Source: Phoronis australis (lineage: Eukaryota > Animalia > Phoronida). From it: DNA of 64,000 nt. Both the position numbers and the translations under genes were made by a program. Positions 1-13,542 of this stretch are shown here, one piece after another; the stretch's first letter is position 1; each line of letters begins with the position of its first letter. Location: contig NMRA01000074.1 in the NCBI GenBank assembly GCA_002633005.1, forward strand, positions 268,187 to 332,186, in the 5' to 3' direction. The notes below the pieces were generated by a model. That model was not told where the DNA came from. It made no database searches and was given only the letters and a program-made list of their open reading frames with translations.

Positions 1-520
1 TAATGTCATGCAACAACTTACAGCAAAGTGAGGACCAAGAGACACGCTCTTGCATCTTGCTAACTCTGACATACATAGGACCGAGGTCAAATGATCATTC
101 AATGCATTGTCAGTCACGCCCCAACGCATATCAACAGTTTGAAACTCTAGACCGAGGCCATTGCAGAAATCTTCCAACTCGGGAAAGCACTTAGAGTTGA
201 GAATGTTTCTTTCATCCTGCATGTCTATAATAAAGAATGACATCCTCACATCAGTGAAAAAGACAAAAAACACCTTTTCATACCAACATAACTCTGATTT
301 CTGGATTACACATTTTTTACACTGTGAGAATAAGACAACTGCAGCTTCAAATATCATGCACAAAAACGAGACCAGCGTGGCTTTAAATATCAGGCATGAA
401 ATACCTTACCAGAGTGCCTTCAAATACCATGCATAGAACATGTCATAGTGGCTTTAAATTTCAAGCATAAAAACATCACAATTAGTGCAGCTCTAACACG
501 ATGCACAAAGCATGACCAAC

Positions 521-671
521 CTGCAAATGTAGAGCTGATGAATAGCCTAACCACTTTAGATGGCAGAGCAGGAAGGCTGGTCAGATCACCACGGATGATG
601 TTGGACACACGCTCATCCGTCAACTTGCACTGACCATAGAGAGGTATAGCAGGCAAGGCTGAAATGTCCAT
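521..671 (-). CDS. First coding exon of an NACHT/WD-repeat (NWD1/NWD2-like, DUF4062-type N-terminus) gene; rest of gene lies left of the window
   Basis: ATG at 671 reads MDISALPAIP...IIRGDLTSLPALPSKVVRLFISSTFA, matching the 'GDL..LP..PS..VR.FISSTF.D' N-terminus of NWD-family proteins. Phase-1 donor G|GTTGG at 520/521; possible acceptor CAG at 694-696. Confidence 0.7.
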
Positions 672-2208
672 CACATTAAAAAGCAGTCAAAAACTGAATG
701 ATAGACTTGAAATTAATATGTAACCTATCGTATATTTGACCAAGTTAAAGGCCATTCCACAACATTTAGACTATTGAGGCAATTTCGCCCCTAATTGCAT
801 ACACCAGAGTTTAGTTCCTAGGTTGCTGAAAACTAGTATATGAGGATTCAACAAAAATAATATAACATTTCTCAAACAAGAGAATTTGAAACTATCATTT
901 CCTTGAGAAATAGAACGTTTTTAGAATCCGTAAAAATAATTTGATAAGACAGAGCACTCAAGGCTTCTGTTATCTATTGAGAATAAACCTTATTCGGAAC
1001 AGATTCAAACCCAAATGTGACGAGAGTCGATGTCCAAGTTGAACAAGTACACTTACCGTCCACATTATTGAATACATCTTTTTCAGTGCTGAAACAGAAA
1101 AAATATAAATCATATCAATTAATCTGACCATTGTGTCCTTTACAAATTATAACTTTTCAGATTTGCACTTATCGACTTTGCGATTGCAGTAGCCAAAAAT
1201 GACAAAAACATTGACGATTTCATGAAAGTCACAGCAGAAATAACAAAAAAAATATTTATACAAATATTTATGGGCTGGGAGGTGCAACCTGCCTCCAAAA
1301 TTTTGTAGATTTTCCAAATGTACATGAGATCAACACTGCAGGTACTATGCTTTTGCCTTTGATAGAAGATTTCACCATATCAATTGACTTAATTGACTCA
1401 GACTCAATTAACATTAAAAGTGGTCCAGAAACTCATCCAAAAGTTCTAAACAAATTTCATATTTCCAATTAAAATGTTTGCACACTCAACTGCAGACTCC
1501 AGGGCGTGGGAGCTAAATACAGCCACATATACAGGTAGAACTTGCATGAAAAGATTTACTCGTATGCCAAAAAAGTTTATTCCTTAAAAAATGGAGTTAT
1601 CACATTTTGTACAGAAAATTCTGTTTTCATTGAGGTGAGTAACAAATAATCACAACTAGAAGAAAGTCCCAATGATAACATACATCTCCTTAGACAGACG
1701 TGACGGGGCTGAGTGATTCTTTTTGATTGGCTGAAGCTTGCCACCAGGTAGAATAGCCTTGCCTCGACGGTAGTATCCATGACGACCTCCAATAGGCGAC
1801 ACTCTAAAACTACCCACAGCGCTTCGATTAAATGTCCTTGTATCCATGGTTCATTTTTCAGCATTACTGAAAGCCAAGCAATTATTATAAACATTACTTA
1901 ACAATAACACTAAGATGAAACAAGAATGTGTGACTGTACACCTATTGTCCAACTCCATACATTAATTACAAAAATGTATTCACACCAGAATCAAAAACCT
2001 TGTATTACCAGAAACATCAAGTTCAGACAGAGATGATAGATGAGTGTGGAGCTCTGCATGGTTGTGACGAATAAGTATACTTAGGAGACTGATTCCAAGA
2101 GCATACTTACCAACAGGTGTAACAGTGTAATGAGATTTGTCAGTCAAAGGGAAGATATAATTATACATGTTTTCTTATAAAAGGGTGCTTTTTCTGACAA
2201 ATTTTCTA

Positions 2209-3798
2209 ACAAGAGCAACGCAAAGCGTTGAAATGCGCCCACGAATGCACGAATAACGGTGTACTTCTAGGGGTGCAGTTTATTTGGAAAACAAGAGCAA
2301 CGCAGAGCGTTGAAATGCGCCCACAATTGCACCATATATGGTATCCTTCTAGGGTTGTTTATTGGTACCATAAAGTGGCCAGGGTATATTTTTTATGTAG
2401 AATGTTGTACTTTGCAAAATGGAAAGGCATGGTCATTGTCTCCTCAATAGGCTAAGAGGCAAAATGTGAGTGATCTTCATAATACAAGCACATCCTATAC
2501 ATCAGTTGCTTAAAACGCCACAGAAACATAGAATTAAAAACAAATTTACCAACATACGAGATTAGCACAGCATTAGAATGCCAGAAACAAATTTCTACTT
2601 GGAACTTTTTCTTCATAGTCACGAAGTAACACAAAGTATACACCTGAAGACCTATGAAAATACAGATGTCAGTGTAAAATACTTAAGTTGCCACTTAAGG
2701 CATACCGGTAGTCAGAATCATCCTAAAGTCATCATCGTCCGTTGTCAATATCACATAAATACACTTGCTAAATTTAGTAAAGATCCAGCAAACGGTTTGG
2801 GAGATACAGCCATGGGCACAAAAAAAGCTGCCACTAGGAGGCACCACAGTAATCAAAGTCATGGGAAATTCAGCGTCAACCGTCCTCTTCACAGTAAGAA
2901 CATATATGCCAATTTTCACAATCATACTTAGAGCAGTTTGGTTGATAGAGGGGTGGACGCCAAAAAACAGACTCAAAAACAATAAAAATAGCCACTGGGT
3001 GTCGCAAACTAGGTCTAATCCATCCGAAAACGGGAGGATAGCGTCATCGCACTAATAGGTGCCTACATACCAAATTTCATGAAAATCCGTTAAGGACTTG
3101 TGAAGATACAGAGGTAAACGTAAATCAATAAAATTGCCACTAGGGGGCACACTGGTAGGCGGATCCGTCCAAAAGTCGTCATCGTCTGTTGTTAATATCA
3201 TATACATGTAAATATACTTAATAAATTTCGTAAAGATCCTGCGAACGGTTTAGGAGATACAGCAAAAAAAAAACTGCCACTAGGAGGCGCCACAGTAGAC
3301 CAAATCGTCTGAAAATCATTGTCAGCTGTCTTCTTTATAGTAAGCACATACATGCCGATTTTCACAATCATCCTTTGAGCGGTTTCCGAGTCGTTGATAG
3401 AGGGGTGGACGCAAAAATACGGACTCGAAAACACTAAAAATGGCCACTCGGTGGCGCAAACTATGTCGAATCCATCTGAAAAGGGGGTGGATAGTGTCAA
3501 CTCACTAATAGGTTTCTACATACCAAATTTCATGAAAATCCGTTCAGGACTTTTGAAGATACAAAGGTAAGCGTAAAAAACTAAAATTGCCACTAGGGGA
3601 CACACCGGTAATCAGATCCGTCCGAAAGTTCGCACATGCCGTCCCATTCATGAATGGAACATATGTGCCAAATTTCACGAACATATGTCAAAGGGTTTTG
3701 CAGATAGAGCAGCGGACGCCGGACGGACGCCGCCCGTATGGACGGACGGACGGAGATGACGGCATAATGCGTCCACATATAAATATGTGGGCGCATAA
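2209..3798 (+). mobile_element. Non-autonomous Helentron-associated (HINE-like) element, family A
   Basis: 5' end AACAAGAGCAACGCA..TGAAATGCGCCCAC occurs twice (2209, 2290). Internal ~450-bp tandem units (3066-3124 ~ 3519-3577), a (GACG)n microsatellite ~3715-3752, and a 3' hairpin ATGCGTCCACATAT-aa-ATATGTGGGCGCAT whose arm is the inverse of the 5' ATGCGCCCAC. Confidence 0.7.
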
Positions 3799-6301
3799 TA
3801 AGGGGGTGCCTTTTCTGACCAGATTCCCTAAAAATCCATTCACTTTGAGGAGTCAAAACTCCATAAAAGTTTTAATAAACCCTTTTTATCTATCAAACAT
3901 ACTCTGGATTCTTAACAGTATACTTTGGTTGTAGAGACATGAACATTTTAGCAACATCACTTCTAGTCACTGTTTCTGTCTTAAAGATTTAAAAATATAG
4001 ATGTCCAAGAATTCCTATGAATCAGCCAGCTAGTTGTAGGAAATACACTCCTACAAACAGGTGGTGTTATGCAACAATATGCCCTACGAAACAGTTAGTT
4101 TTATGAAATTCAATTCAACACAATGATGGCATTTATGGAAACATGCCCTTCCAAATGGTAATTTTTATGAAATTCACTTCAGACCTACAAACGGGTGATG
4201 CTTCCAGAAACAATTCCCTTCAAAAGGGTGAAACTTTCATGGAACGAGAGTGCATACCATTGCCCCGTCATCCACTTGGAATGTGACACGTTGCCCTTCT
4301 TTCCAGCATCTCACAGTAGAGTGGTTTATCAGTTGGGTTATCTGTACTAACAGCATTGATCAGTTCACCGTGTAAGCTATCACTTGTATCATGAACACTG
4401 TAGACACACCCCTTTTAGGGAGACTGGGGTCAGACTGGGTGTTTTTGCAAAATATTTTTTCTGATGACAAGTATTACATGATTTGCTGTATGCAGGGCAC
4501 AGTTGAGTATTTGTGCAGAATTTGTACTGTTTTAGATGCGAGTTGACATCATTGAGGCCATTTGTCGTTCTTTTGCGACACTTAATTCACCTCTGTCAGC
4601 GTTTCCTGAAATCTGGCGTAATTGAGTGTGCGTAGTTTCAATACAATTTGCAAATGTCAACACAGAGTTCAAGTCTTAGTTTTGGTTCCAGTGTAATAGG
4701 CGTTTTCTGGTTTTTGAGGTAAGCACGCCTATGACTAATCGATCGCTCAGGAGAGTATCCTATAGACATTCACAGAAGTTGCAAGTTTTTGCAATTTTTT
4801 TCACTTCAGTGAGGTAAGTTTCAAATGATTCTCCCGATCATTGATTTTGTGCATTAATATGATACCGCTCAAGTTTCATTAGTCTTTCTGAGAATGCAGT
4901 CATCAAGCATTCTTAAAGTGTCATGTTCGTGTCTTTGGGGTCACAGATGTTGTAATTTGAGTGCTTCAGTGCCCATCACCAAGATTAAAAATGAACATTT
5001 TTACGCCTCCGTACCAGAGTAGTTGAATTCAGTCAGAGTGATGGAGCACGAACTAGGTCAAATCTGAACCACTTATTCTGAGTTTCAGCGCAATCTTCAC
5101 TCATAGATTGAATCACAACGGTCCTGGGTTGATCCTTTCCGCTACCGGCACTATGTAACAATCAGCTGTACGTGTTGTTGAGTAAAACATGACTTTTCAG
5201 GGAGTGATTCAAATAAACGTTTATTAACTACTAAAGATGGCTACTTAAAAGGACAAATGTGCATGCGCAAGGGAACAGCTGTTCTAACAGTACCATCAAG
5301 AATATTAGCGCCGGCAAAAAGCTATTGACATCTAATTTGGTCACCATGTGTTCTTTGTAGTGTCTTATGCAATTTAGTAACAGTTATATACACTACAAAC
5401 CGAGTAGTATTGCATTGTTTGTAAATCCTTCTAGTATATCAAGATACATGGTTGTTCTTCATTCCATAACAAGTGTTTGTAGTTTTTACCTTATAACTTC
5501 ATCGATTTTTAAAAATCGAAAACCATAAAATTGATTTTTTCAGCTGAATACTGCCATAATGTTTATTTTTAACAAAAAAATATCGGTTAATGCTTTTTGA
5601 AAACTGTCCAGTATGTACAGGCAGAGACGTTTACTATGTACACTTTATGGCCGGGTAACACTTAATTGGGTCGACTTGCTCGCACCAGACAAAGCGGTGA
5701 CACAACTGTGTCCAATTCTGGTGCCACGCTCTCTTTGATGCTCCAAACAAGACTGGAGAAGCTGAGCAGTGAAAATTCCTGCATATAATTATCAGTGCAC
5801 ATTTTCCTTGCAAACGGTGGCATGAAAGTTGCCAACAGTTCCCAACATGGGCAATTAAACAAAGGCCATGTTCGAAAAATAGGTTGACTGAAGGAGTATT
5901 TGTTTGACTTGGGAGGAGTTAAAGACATGAACGGCCTCCACAGGCCGGGTATCCCTCTATGTGCAAAAGATACTTATATTATAGAGCTATGACTTTGACA
6001 GTTTAATCAGTGAGAGGCATTTAACAGAAAAAGCTTCTGGCATATGGAGTTCCTATAGGAAGGCCACATGCAGTCTCTAACTCGGGGCCAGATTGAGACG
6101 TACTGTCTAAACTTACTAATCAATTACTTCACACTATAGTTTCAGGCCAGCAAACTGACTGCATGGCTATATGTAATTTGCAAAAACTATTCATGACCAG
6201 TGACCGTGCTCTCACCTCAGTGACCACTGTCTCTAAGAGACGGTGTAGCTCCTATATGAACTTCATACACCGGAAGTTTTTCAGCGAGTTATGCCTGATA
6301 C

Positions 6302-6713
6302 TGAGTCCCGTTGTTAAGTACCTTTTGCACATAGAGGGACATCTTAAGAGGCCATGGATGTAAATTCAATTCCTTCCAACTCAAAGAAATTAACTCGTTA
6401 TCAAACTTTTTCTTTGAGCAGTCCCTCGTTCAGTTTCCAAAATTGGTAACTCGCCATTTTCACGTCAGGGGATATGACGTCTACCACCTACCGCGCACAG
6501 TGTTAAAAATGACGAGTTGCCAATTTTGGGAACTAACGAGGGACTGCTCAAAGAAAACCCCTGCAAAATGTACCTCGGTTATAACCATAGTTAATCATGG
6601 TCAATCATGGTAACATTTCACAGGGGAAGTTTGAGTTGGAAGGAATTAAATACATCGACGGCCTCCTAAACTACGTGTCCTTTGCGCAAAAGGTATTTAT
6701 AACAACGGGACTT
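6302..6713. repeat. Nested long inverted repeat (foldback/MITE-like)
   Basis: Outer arms ~6302-6385 and ~6630-6713, inner arms ~6408-6461 and ~6506-6557 are reverse complements. Confidence 0.8.
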
Positions 6714-7400
6714 AGATGCTTCCGACGTTAGTCTCCTGCACAGACCCTCGAGGTTGGTTGGGGTCTGCTACAGCGCACTTTTCCATGTGCATTCTTGGAA
6801 TATCATTGGCTGTTCCGATTTCAAGAAACAAGCCATTCTATTGGTCAGTTGAATAATAGGTCAAACTAGTTCACCAACATGGCGACTTCCAGTAAGGGAA
6901 GAGTGTCGATGGATTTTATCTGTTTAAATCTCTGTTCCCGTCAAACTACCGCATTTCAAAGCTAACGAGTCAAGGAATACATCAGCAGTAACGTATAAGA
7001 AACATTTAATGATAATTATTATCTTGTATACTTAGTTGCTGTATTCTGAAGTGATGTGACATTTTACGAAATAATTTGTGGAAGAGATAGCCATTCACAA
7101 CAACAGTCATTTGTGGCACACTATAGCACCCAATAGCGGGAAAGGAATAGCTAAGTGGCCACGGGAGATTGCCTCAATCTTTTCAGGGCACACCCTCTTG
7201 GGTAGTTGTTTACAATATGACGACAATGACTTATGAAAAGTCGTGAGTAAAACAAAGATTGTGCCCAGTTGGCTGTCGAACTAAAAGTGTATTGATATCA
7301 ACAAATAATANTTTAGGCACACTATAGCACCGCATAGCGGGAAAGGAATAGCTAAGTGGCCACGGGAGATTGCCTCAATCTTTTCAGGGCACACCCTCTC

Positions 7401-8157
7401 GGGTAGTTGTTTACAATGTGACGACAATGACTTAGACATATGTTTTTTGTATCGTTCGATTTCTCGCAATGTTATCTTTCCAAATATACACAGAAATTTC
7501 TCCTACCCCGTTCCCTTAGTATTTTATCGTGAAATTTCTTCTAGCACTATTTCCTGGTACACGGTAGTAATGCCACCATGTTGAATGGAAGGAGTCACCT
7601 GTCGGTCAAAAACTGAATTAATCTACCGACTTGCAGATCGTCGCTTTTCATAAGTTCAAATTGACCGAGAGCCGTCAATCCCCTGCCCAAGTTACGGAAC
7701 CAAGGATTCGAATTCGATCCTATGGTGACCCTGAAATACGCATCTGCTAGCAAGAATCCGCCAAAACAGCAAAGGTTGTTTTTGAGGTCCAAATTTTTGA
7801 AAAGAGTATCACTTCAGACAATTTCGTGGAAAAATGGTCACAATTCTAAAAAAATGGAAAAGGTAATTTTAATGCTTTTACTTGTTCATCAATATTATGT
7901 CAGGAAAACTTTAGCGGGAATCTCGCGCAGGCAAACACCATTCAGAATCAATGATGCTGTTTCATTCATTAACAGTAGGTGTTGCTGTAATCTTGAGTTG
8001 AGCTAACATGGCGGTGTCCACGGGGAAATAGTGCCAAATGAAATTCGACGATACAATAGGGAGGAAACGCGGTAGGGAAAGATGACGGTGCGAGGAATCG
8101 AACGATATCAAAATCATAGGTCTAAGTCATTGTCGTCATGTTGTAAACAATTACCTC
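7401..8157. mobile_element. MITE with ~70-bp imperfect terminal inverted repeats
   Basis: GGTAGTTGTTTACAATGTGACGACAATGACTTAGAC...ATCGTTCGATT at the left end is the reverse complement of AATCGAACGAT...GTCTAAGTCATTGTCGTCATGTTGTAAACAATTACC at the right end. Confidence 0.7.
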
Positions 8158-9509
8158 CTCTCGTATGTTAACATGTTCATGTACGTTATGTAAGCTCCCG
8201 TGATTACCGTGAAGGTTGAATTATTGGGTCAGATAAGGATATGTGCTGAAATACTGCTATTCATGACAATTGACATTGTCATTGTAATGTATAGTACACT
8301 GGCATACTTGTCACTACCCACAGAAGTTAGGAGCAAAAAAATACAGTCAATGGTCCTAAACACTCAAACATTAACCAGTCTAGCAAGAGTTTTATAACGA
8401 CTGACATTGCTTTTGTCGGTGCCATTCAACAGTGCCTCTGTCTCTGACTGCCATCCTACAGTCGTACAGAGTATTCAATTATTTCGGATTGTGATTGTTG
8501 CTGTGAAATTAGGATTATACACACTCTTTTGTATAGTCAGCAAGAAATAACCTCACCCTTTTATGAGTTGGAACAGTGATTAAAACTGACCCATTTTGGT
8601 GAGAGCCTCAATGGAAGAATCAACTTTTCTGACAACATAATTATGCAAAGTTATTATTTACAGGGAATTGAATTTCATCAAAAAGCTCTCTGGGCTGTAT
8701 TCTTTTTAAAACAACAAACCTCAGTTACATATGAAACTTTCAGTGGTTTTGGTGAAATTTGAGGTTACGAAAACACCCGAGGTGTTCTGGATGCCCTTGG
8801 AAGTTAATGTTTTCAGTGCATGCTCGAACTTTATGGCCAATCATTCTCCACTAAGTTTGATAATCACGCAGGATAAAATTCACCTCCAATGAGAAGTTTG
8901 AGGTCCCGAATATACCCAAGGTGATCTGAATGGCTTAGGACCCTCACGTTGTGCGGGGTCCCATCTCAAAAAGGGAAATGGGGAAGAAAAAATTAGTATG
9001 TCAACGAGGTGAGGGGTGTAGCTTGAGAATTTTGGCTACCTGAAGGATCGAAAATTGTGTTGTTCTAGGAGGTGAAGACTGTGTAGGCTGCGAAGTGGTG
9101 GAAATTGGGTGCCAGCAGTGTCTACTGTAACACTGTACAAAGACGGATAGGGGGAAGGGGGGGGGCGCGTCAAGAGGGCCATGGCCCTGCCTAAAATTAT
9201 CTCAGATACCATTTGGCAGTTTGGGGATGCAAATGTCTGACGGACAAAATACTCTGCCCTTGCCCCTACCCCTTAACTAAAATCCAGGATTTCGGGACGT
9301 TTTCAATAAAAGCATTCAAACAATAAAACTGAAAAAATGCCAAGTGAAAAGAGTGAAGCCATTGTTAATTCAGGTTTATTTTCCTAGTAAAGAATCGTTA
9401 ATTACATGATTTTACTACAGTTTGTTGGTAATATCACAATATATAAACAGCTACCTCACCAGAGAGTTCCCCCCGACCGCTAACTCGACCCAGTCTAAAA
9501 ATAACTTTT

Positions 9510-9710
9510 ACTCTCGCGACACCTAGCGACCTGAGAACGTAATACCGGATGTCAGCATGCGCAGAACAAACTTCCTGGTTAAAAATTGCCAGCTGACAGC
9601 CAATGAAAACCTAGTGCGCTGTACCTGGGCCTTCACAAGCAATCCGTGACGTCATCTTGTGAGGCCCGGGAACCAGGTTAGTTCCTGAACTGATGAGCCG
9701 GAAATGTGGG
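9510..9710. promoter_or_regulatory. Candidate housekeeping-type (possibly bidirectional) promoter
   Basis: CpG-rich cluster: TCTCGCGA (9512), CCGGATGT, ACTTCCTG and CCGGAAAT ETS-like sites, GCATGCGCA (NRF1-like, 9555), CCAAT (9600), TGACGTCA CRE (9647). Confidence 0.5.
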
Positions 9711-9889
9711 TACGGAAATAATCGATGACAACCGGTAATCATACGCTCAGAGAGAAGGGTCAAATATTGTTAAAAAACCGCTTTTGGCAAGAAAGGCGAA
9801 AAGAATATAAAGAAAGGGTGTCGAAAATAAGAATTTATGTAGTAAGTATTTTCGGATACTGGAACCACATGGGCAGTTTGCAAGAAGGA

Positions 9890-11362
9890 CTTTAAGCCTC
9901 AAAGTTGATCGGAAGAAGAATAAGATGAATAAGAATAAAATTGAAGAAAACCCAGGAACAACAGTACTCTGCGCTTACACGCGCAGAGTAATAAGAACTA
10001 GAAAGATTATTGTCACGGCGTGACAATAACGGACTCTGCGCGTGCGTATTACTGGAATTATTATGGGAAGTTACTGACAGCAACCCCTTTACCAATATGA
10101 AAAGGTTTTCTTTAAAACTGTAGGAGAAATTACATATTAATTTTTTGATGACCTTTCCACTAATCGACCTCTTCCGGTGCATTTATGAGCCCCGATGAGG
10201 GAGTAATTGTTAACTCGATTAAAAGTGTGGTTAATGATAATAATCACAGATGTTTTACTTTAAGCACTCCAGAATACAAGATGAATGAAGTGGTCAAACT
10301 TTCAGAAGAAAAATGCACTTAATGACCCCATGGGTGCACCAAATGACCTGAAAATTTAGAATTCAAACTCAATTGCACTTAGTAAACAGATCCGTAATTC
10401 TGAAGTCTCTAGCTCAAAATTTTAGTTTGCACTCAATGACCTTTGACCTATTTTTTCTGATTGGTTATGCCTATTGCAAAGTAAAGTAGGGTATTCAATT
10501 GGCATGTTGACTTACAACAGTGTGCTGAAATTGAAAAGAATTCCTTGAAAAACGTAAGAGATATAACATTTTGAACGTTACATGACCTTTGCACTAATTG
10601 ACCTTATCCGGTGCATTTTAAGCATCTTTAGGAGAATTATTGCAAAGCCCATGGAAAATGTGTTTAACGCTGAGAATCACAGTTGTCTAACGGTTGACAC
10701 ATCAGAATACTTGCTGATTGAAAAGGTCAAATTTTCAGAAGAAAAATGCACCTAATGACCCCATGTTTGCACTAAATGACCTGAAACTTTGGATTCCGAT
10801 TTGATTTACCTGTGGCAATCAGACCTGTCAATTTGAAGTGTCTAGCTCAAAATTTTAGTTTGCACCTAATGACCTTTGATCTATTTCACCTGATTGGATG
10901 ACCCGATTACTTAGAAAAGTAACTTTTTAAATTGTCATGTTGACATATACCTGTGCACCGAATTTGAAAAAGATAGCTTTAAAACTGAAGGAGTAGCATT
11001 TTGAAAATTATATGACCTTTGCACCAAACGACCTCTTCCGGTGCAATATGGAATATGATTATATAACCAATCAAAATTTATATACTGTCATAAGTCATAT
11101 GCTGAATTTAAAGACTGTACCTGCACCCAATTTGGAGTTATTAAGCTTCAAAGTTGGTCGGAAGAAGAATAAGAATAAGAAGAAGAAGAAAATTGAAGAA
11201 AACCCAGGAACAACAGTACTCTGCGCTTACACGTGCAGAGTAATAAGAATAAAATTGAAGAAAACCTAGGAACAACAGTACTCTGCGCTTACACGCGCAG
11301 AGTAATAAAATTGAAGAAAACCCAGGAACAACAGTATTCTGCGCTTACACGCGCAGAGTAAT
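9890..11362 (+). mobile_element. Non-autonomous Helentron-associated (HINE-like) element, family B, with reiterated 3' termini
   Basis: 5' module AACTAGAAAG-TTATTGTCACGGCGTGACAATAA-ACTCTGCGCGTG (~9996-10043), ~440-450-bp internal tandem units and an (AAG)n tract. The terminal hairpin TACTCTGCGC-TTACAC-GCGCAGAGTA occurs at ~9965, 11217, 11279 and 11336. Confidence 0.75.
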
Positions 11363-12763
11363 CATGCCGCTCCCGTTCGATATGCGCGTGATATGCCAGG
11401 CGACAGGCAGTGGCGCTAAGCACTACCACTCCGTTTCTGTCCTCTGCTCCACTGTGCAATGAATTTACATGTACTTCATTTTTTCAAAGAAAACGAAACT
11501 TGAGTTACAATGAAGAAACAAGCTGCTGGTAAGATTTAAATTTTAGTCGAAGCTTTAGGACAATTCTGTGAAAAGGTCAACTTCAGAGACAAAAAATTAA
11601 AATTGTGACTACTGGTCTCTTCTGAAAGCCTAGACAGTCTCTCCAGTTTCAGGACCTATATTTGACTCGGAATTTCCTATTTCCTATAACTTTCAATTAT
11701 TTCCTAAATGGACTCATTTTGGGGGGTAAAAGTCTAGTTGCTGGATCCCTATTCAATCCGTCATTCAATCATACATTTCCTACAAAAATGTTTGCACATT
11801 GATGATATATACCTCAATCGATTCGTCACAGTCCACTGTTTACTCCTATTTAAAATTATTTTGATTCAAGCTTTCACTTTAATTTCCAAAAAAAATTGCC
11901 CACAAACTTGCTATAAGTGACAAGGTAGAAACTTCTCGTTTGCAGTATAGGTATTTGTAATGACGAAGGAAGAAAAAACAAGCATTTATGAATTCAAAAA
12001 GCTCGAAGTTATCCTTCCTTATTTCCTATACTACAAGTACACCGGCGGTGTCTTAGTGTAATGAACGAGAAAACGAAGCAGGTTGCGCTGGACGGGATAA
12101 ATCGCTCAAAACGGAGATACTAGTAAGAATAGATCGACTAAGTCAAACTGGAGATAGTGTAAACGGAGTATGCGTCCACTCTGACGAAGTCCGCGATTTT
12201 GTACCACTTTTAGAATTTCAAATAATGGAAGAAAATCATCATGCAGGATTTTCAAAATAGAGTATTTCTGTCTTCTGACAGCCTAGATCTGGGGTTCCAT
12301 ATAAAAGAATTTAAGATATTTGCACATAAGTACAACCTGGTAAACAAGGTTCACAGTTACTTTAACTGAAATTGGCAGTTTATTTTAAATACCATCTCGA
12401 TGAATACCTACATTTCCACCAGTTGGAATGTCCTTTAATGCATATTGAACCAGGAAGTGGACTGGCGCAGCTCAGGAGATTTTAAGAACACAAAATTTTA
12501 GGAAAATATAGTAGATTGGATCGTAGTTGCAAATTATGAAATTGGTTAAAACCTGGGGAATGCTTGCAAAGAGTGTGTGCTTTATTATATTGAAAGAAGA
12601 GACTTATATTTCGTTGTAATTTTCAAATCTATGAGTGAGGGCCAAAATGCATGAGTCAGCTGTCACTCAGTGTGGCAGCCTTTTTGGGTGGTGGTGCATC
12701 ACTAAAACTAAGATTTAAGCTGAAAATTCGTATTAAATTCAGTTTGAAGTTTGAAAAGTTTTA

Positions 12764-13384
12764 ATCAAATAAATTAAACCTGTTCAGCCGAGACTATGGC
12801 ATTTACTAGAGTCTTTAAGCGTTCAGGAGTGTCCTGTTCTCTACTTGAGGGGTGGTTGAATGATTGGAATGGCGGAACAGGTGGAGCTTCGAGTCCCGCT
12901 GTGCTCCCGCGAAATACGTTCTATTGTACCGTTCCAAGCTGTGACCAGAGCAAACAAGCCACCTCCGTGTCTGTTGAGTGACAGATTACAAGCCGTACAT
13001 AATGAAGATAGCCTCCGTGACGCCTCTTTCTAATCAGTTCTTGTCCCAACTCAAAATTTAAACATTGCTATTATCGAAATCGTGGCCATTCGCATGCAAG
13101 TGTTTGTGTATCGACCACGAAACACGTTCCCGGTCCCGCGTTCCTCCGTTGTTGGTACAACCGTTTCCGTAGTGGTTGTTGAGTTTCCCGTCACTCAACA
13201 GAAACGGAGGTGGCAGGTTTGCCCTGTCCACAGCTTTGAATAGCGCTACATACCGTATCTAGCGAGAGCTCCACCTGCCCCGCCATTTCCGTCGATCATT
13301 CAACCATTCCTCAAGAAGAGAGCGGGAAGCTCCCAGGTGCTTAAGATACCATAGTCCAGCTGAACAGGTTTAATTTTTTTGATT
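12764..13384. mobile_element. Non-autonomous element with ~125-bp imperfect inverted repeats (copy 1)
   Basis: AATTAAACCTGTTCAGC..GACTATGG...CAGGTGGAGCT (left) versus AGCTCCACCTG...CCATAGTCCAGCTGAACAGGTTTAATT (right). The internal sequence recurs at 17340-17960. Confidence 0.7.
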
Positions 13385-13542
13385 ATGAAATTTCGTGGAT
13401 GGATAAAGATTTACATTTCAAGATATTTCACGTAGAAAATATATCTGAAACTAAATAAGGTGATCCAGATCCTCCCAAGGATACTATTGTTTCGTGAAAT
13501 GAAGAATATAAATCGGTAAATAAAACAACAAGAATGGATCAA

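Noticed and set aside
6800-6900. Two ATTGG boxes plus CAACATGGCG (YY1-like) as a promoter
   Set aside because: Sits among repeat fragments with no linked ORF or supported exon; such motifs are common inside transposon remnants.
7115-7434. ~120-bp direct repeat (7115-7233 / 7316-7434)
   Set aside because: Straddles a single N at 7311; most likely a contig-overlap or haplotype artefact.
11190-11362. Short repeated palindromic units resembling a CRISPR array (likewise 18203-18318 and 32473-32622)
   Set aside because: No unique spacers, no cas genes, eukaryotic context; these are transposon termini or minisatellites.
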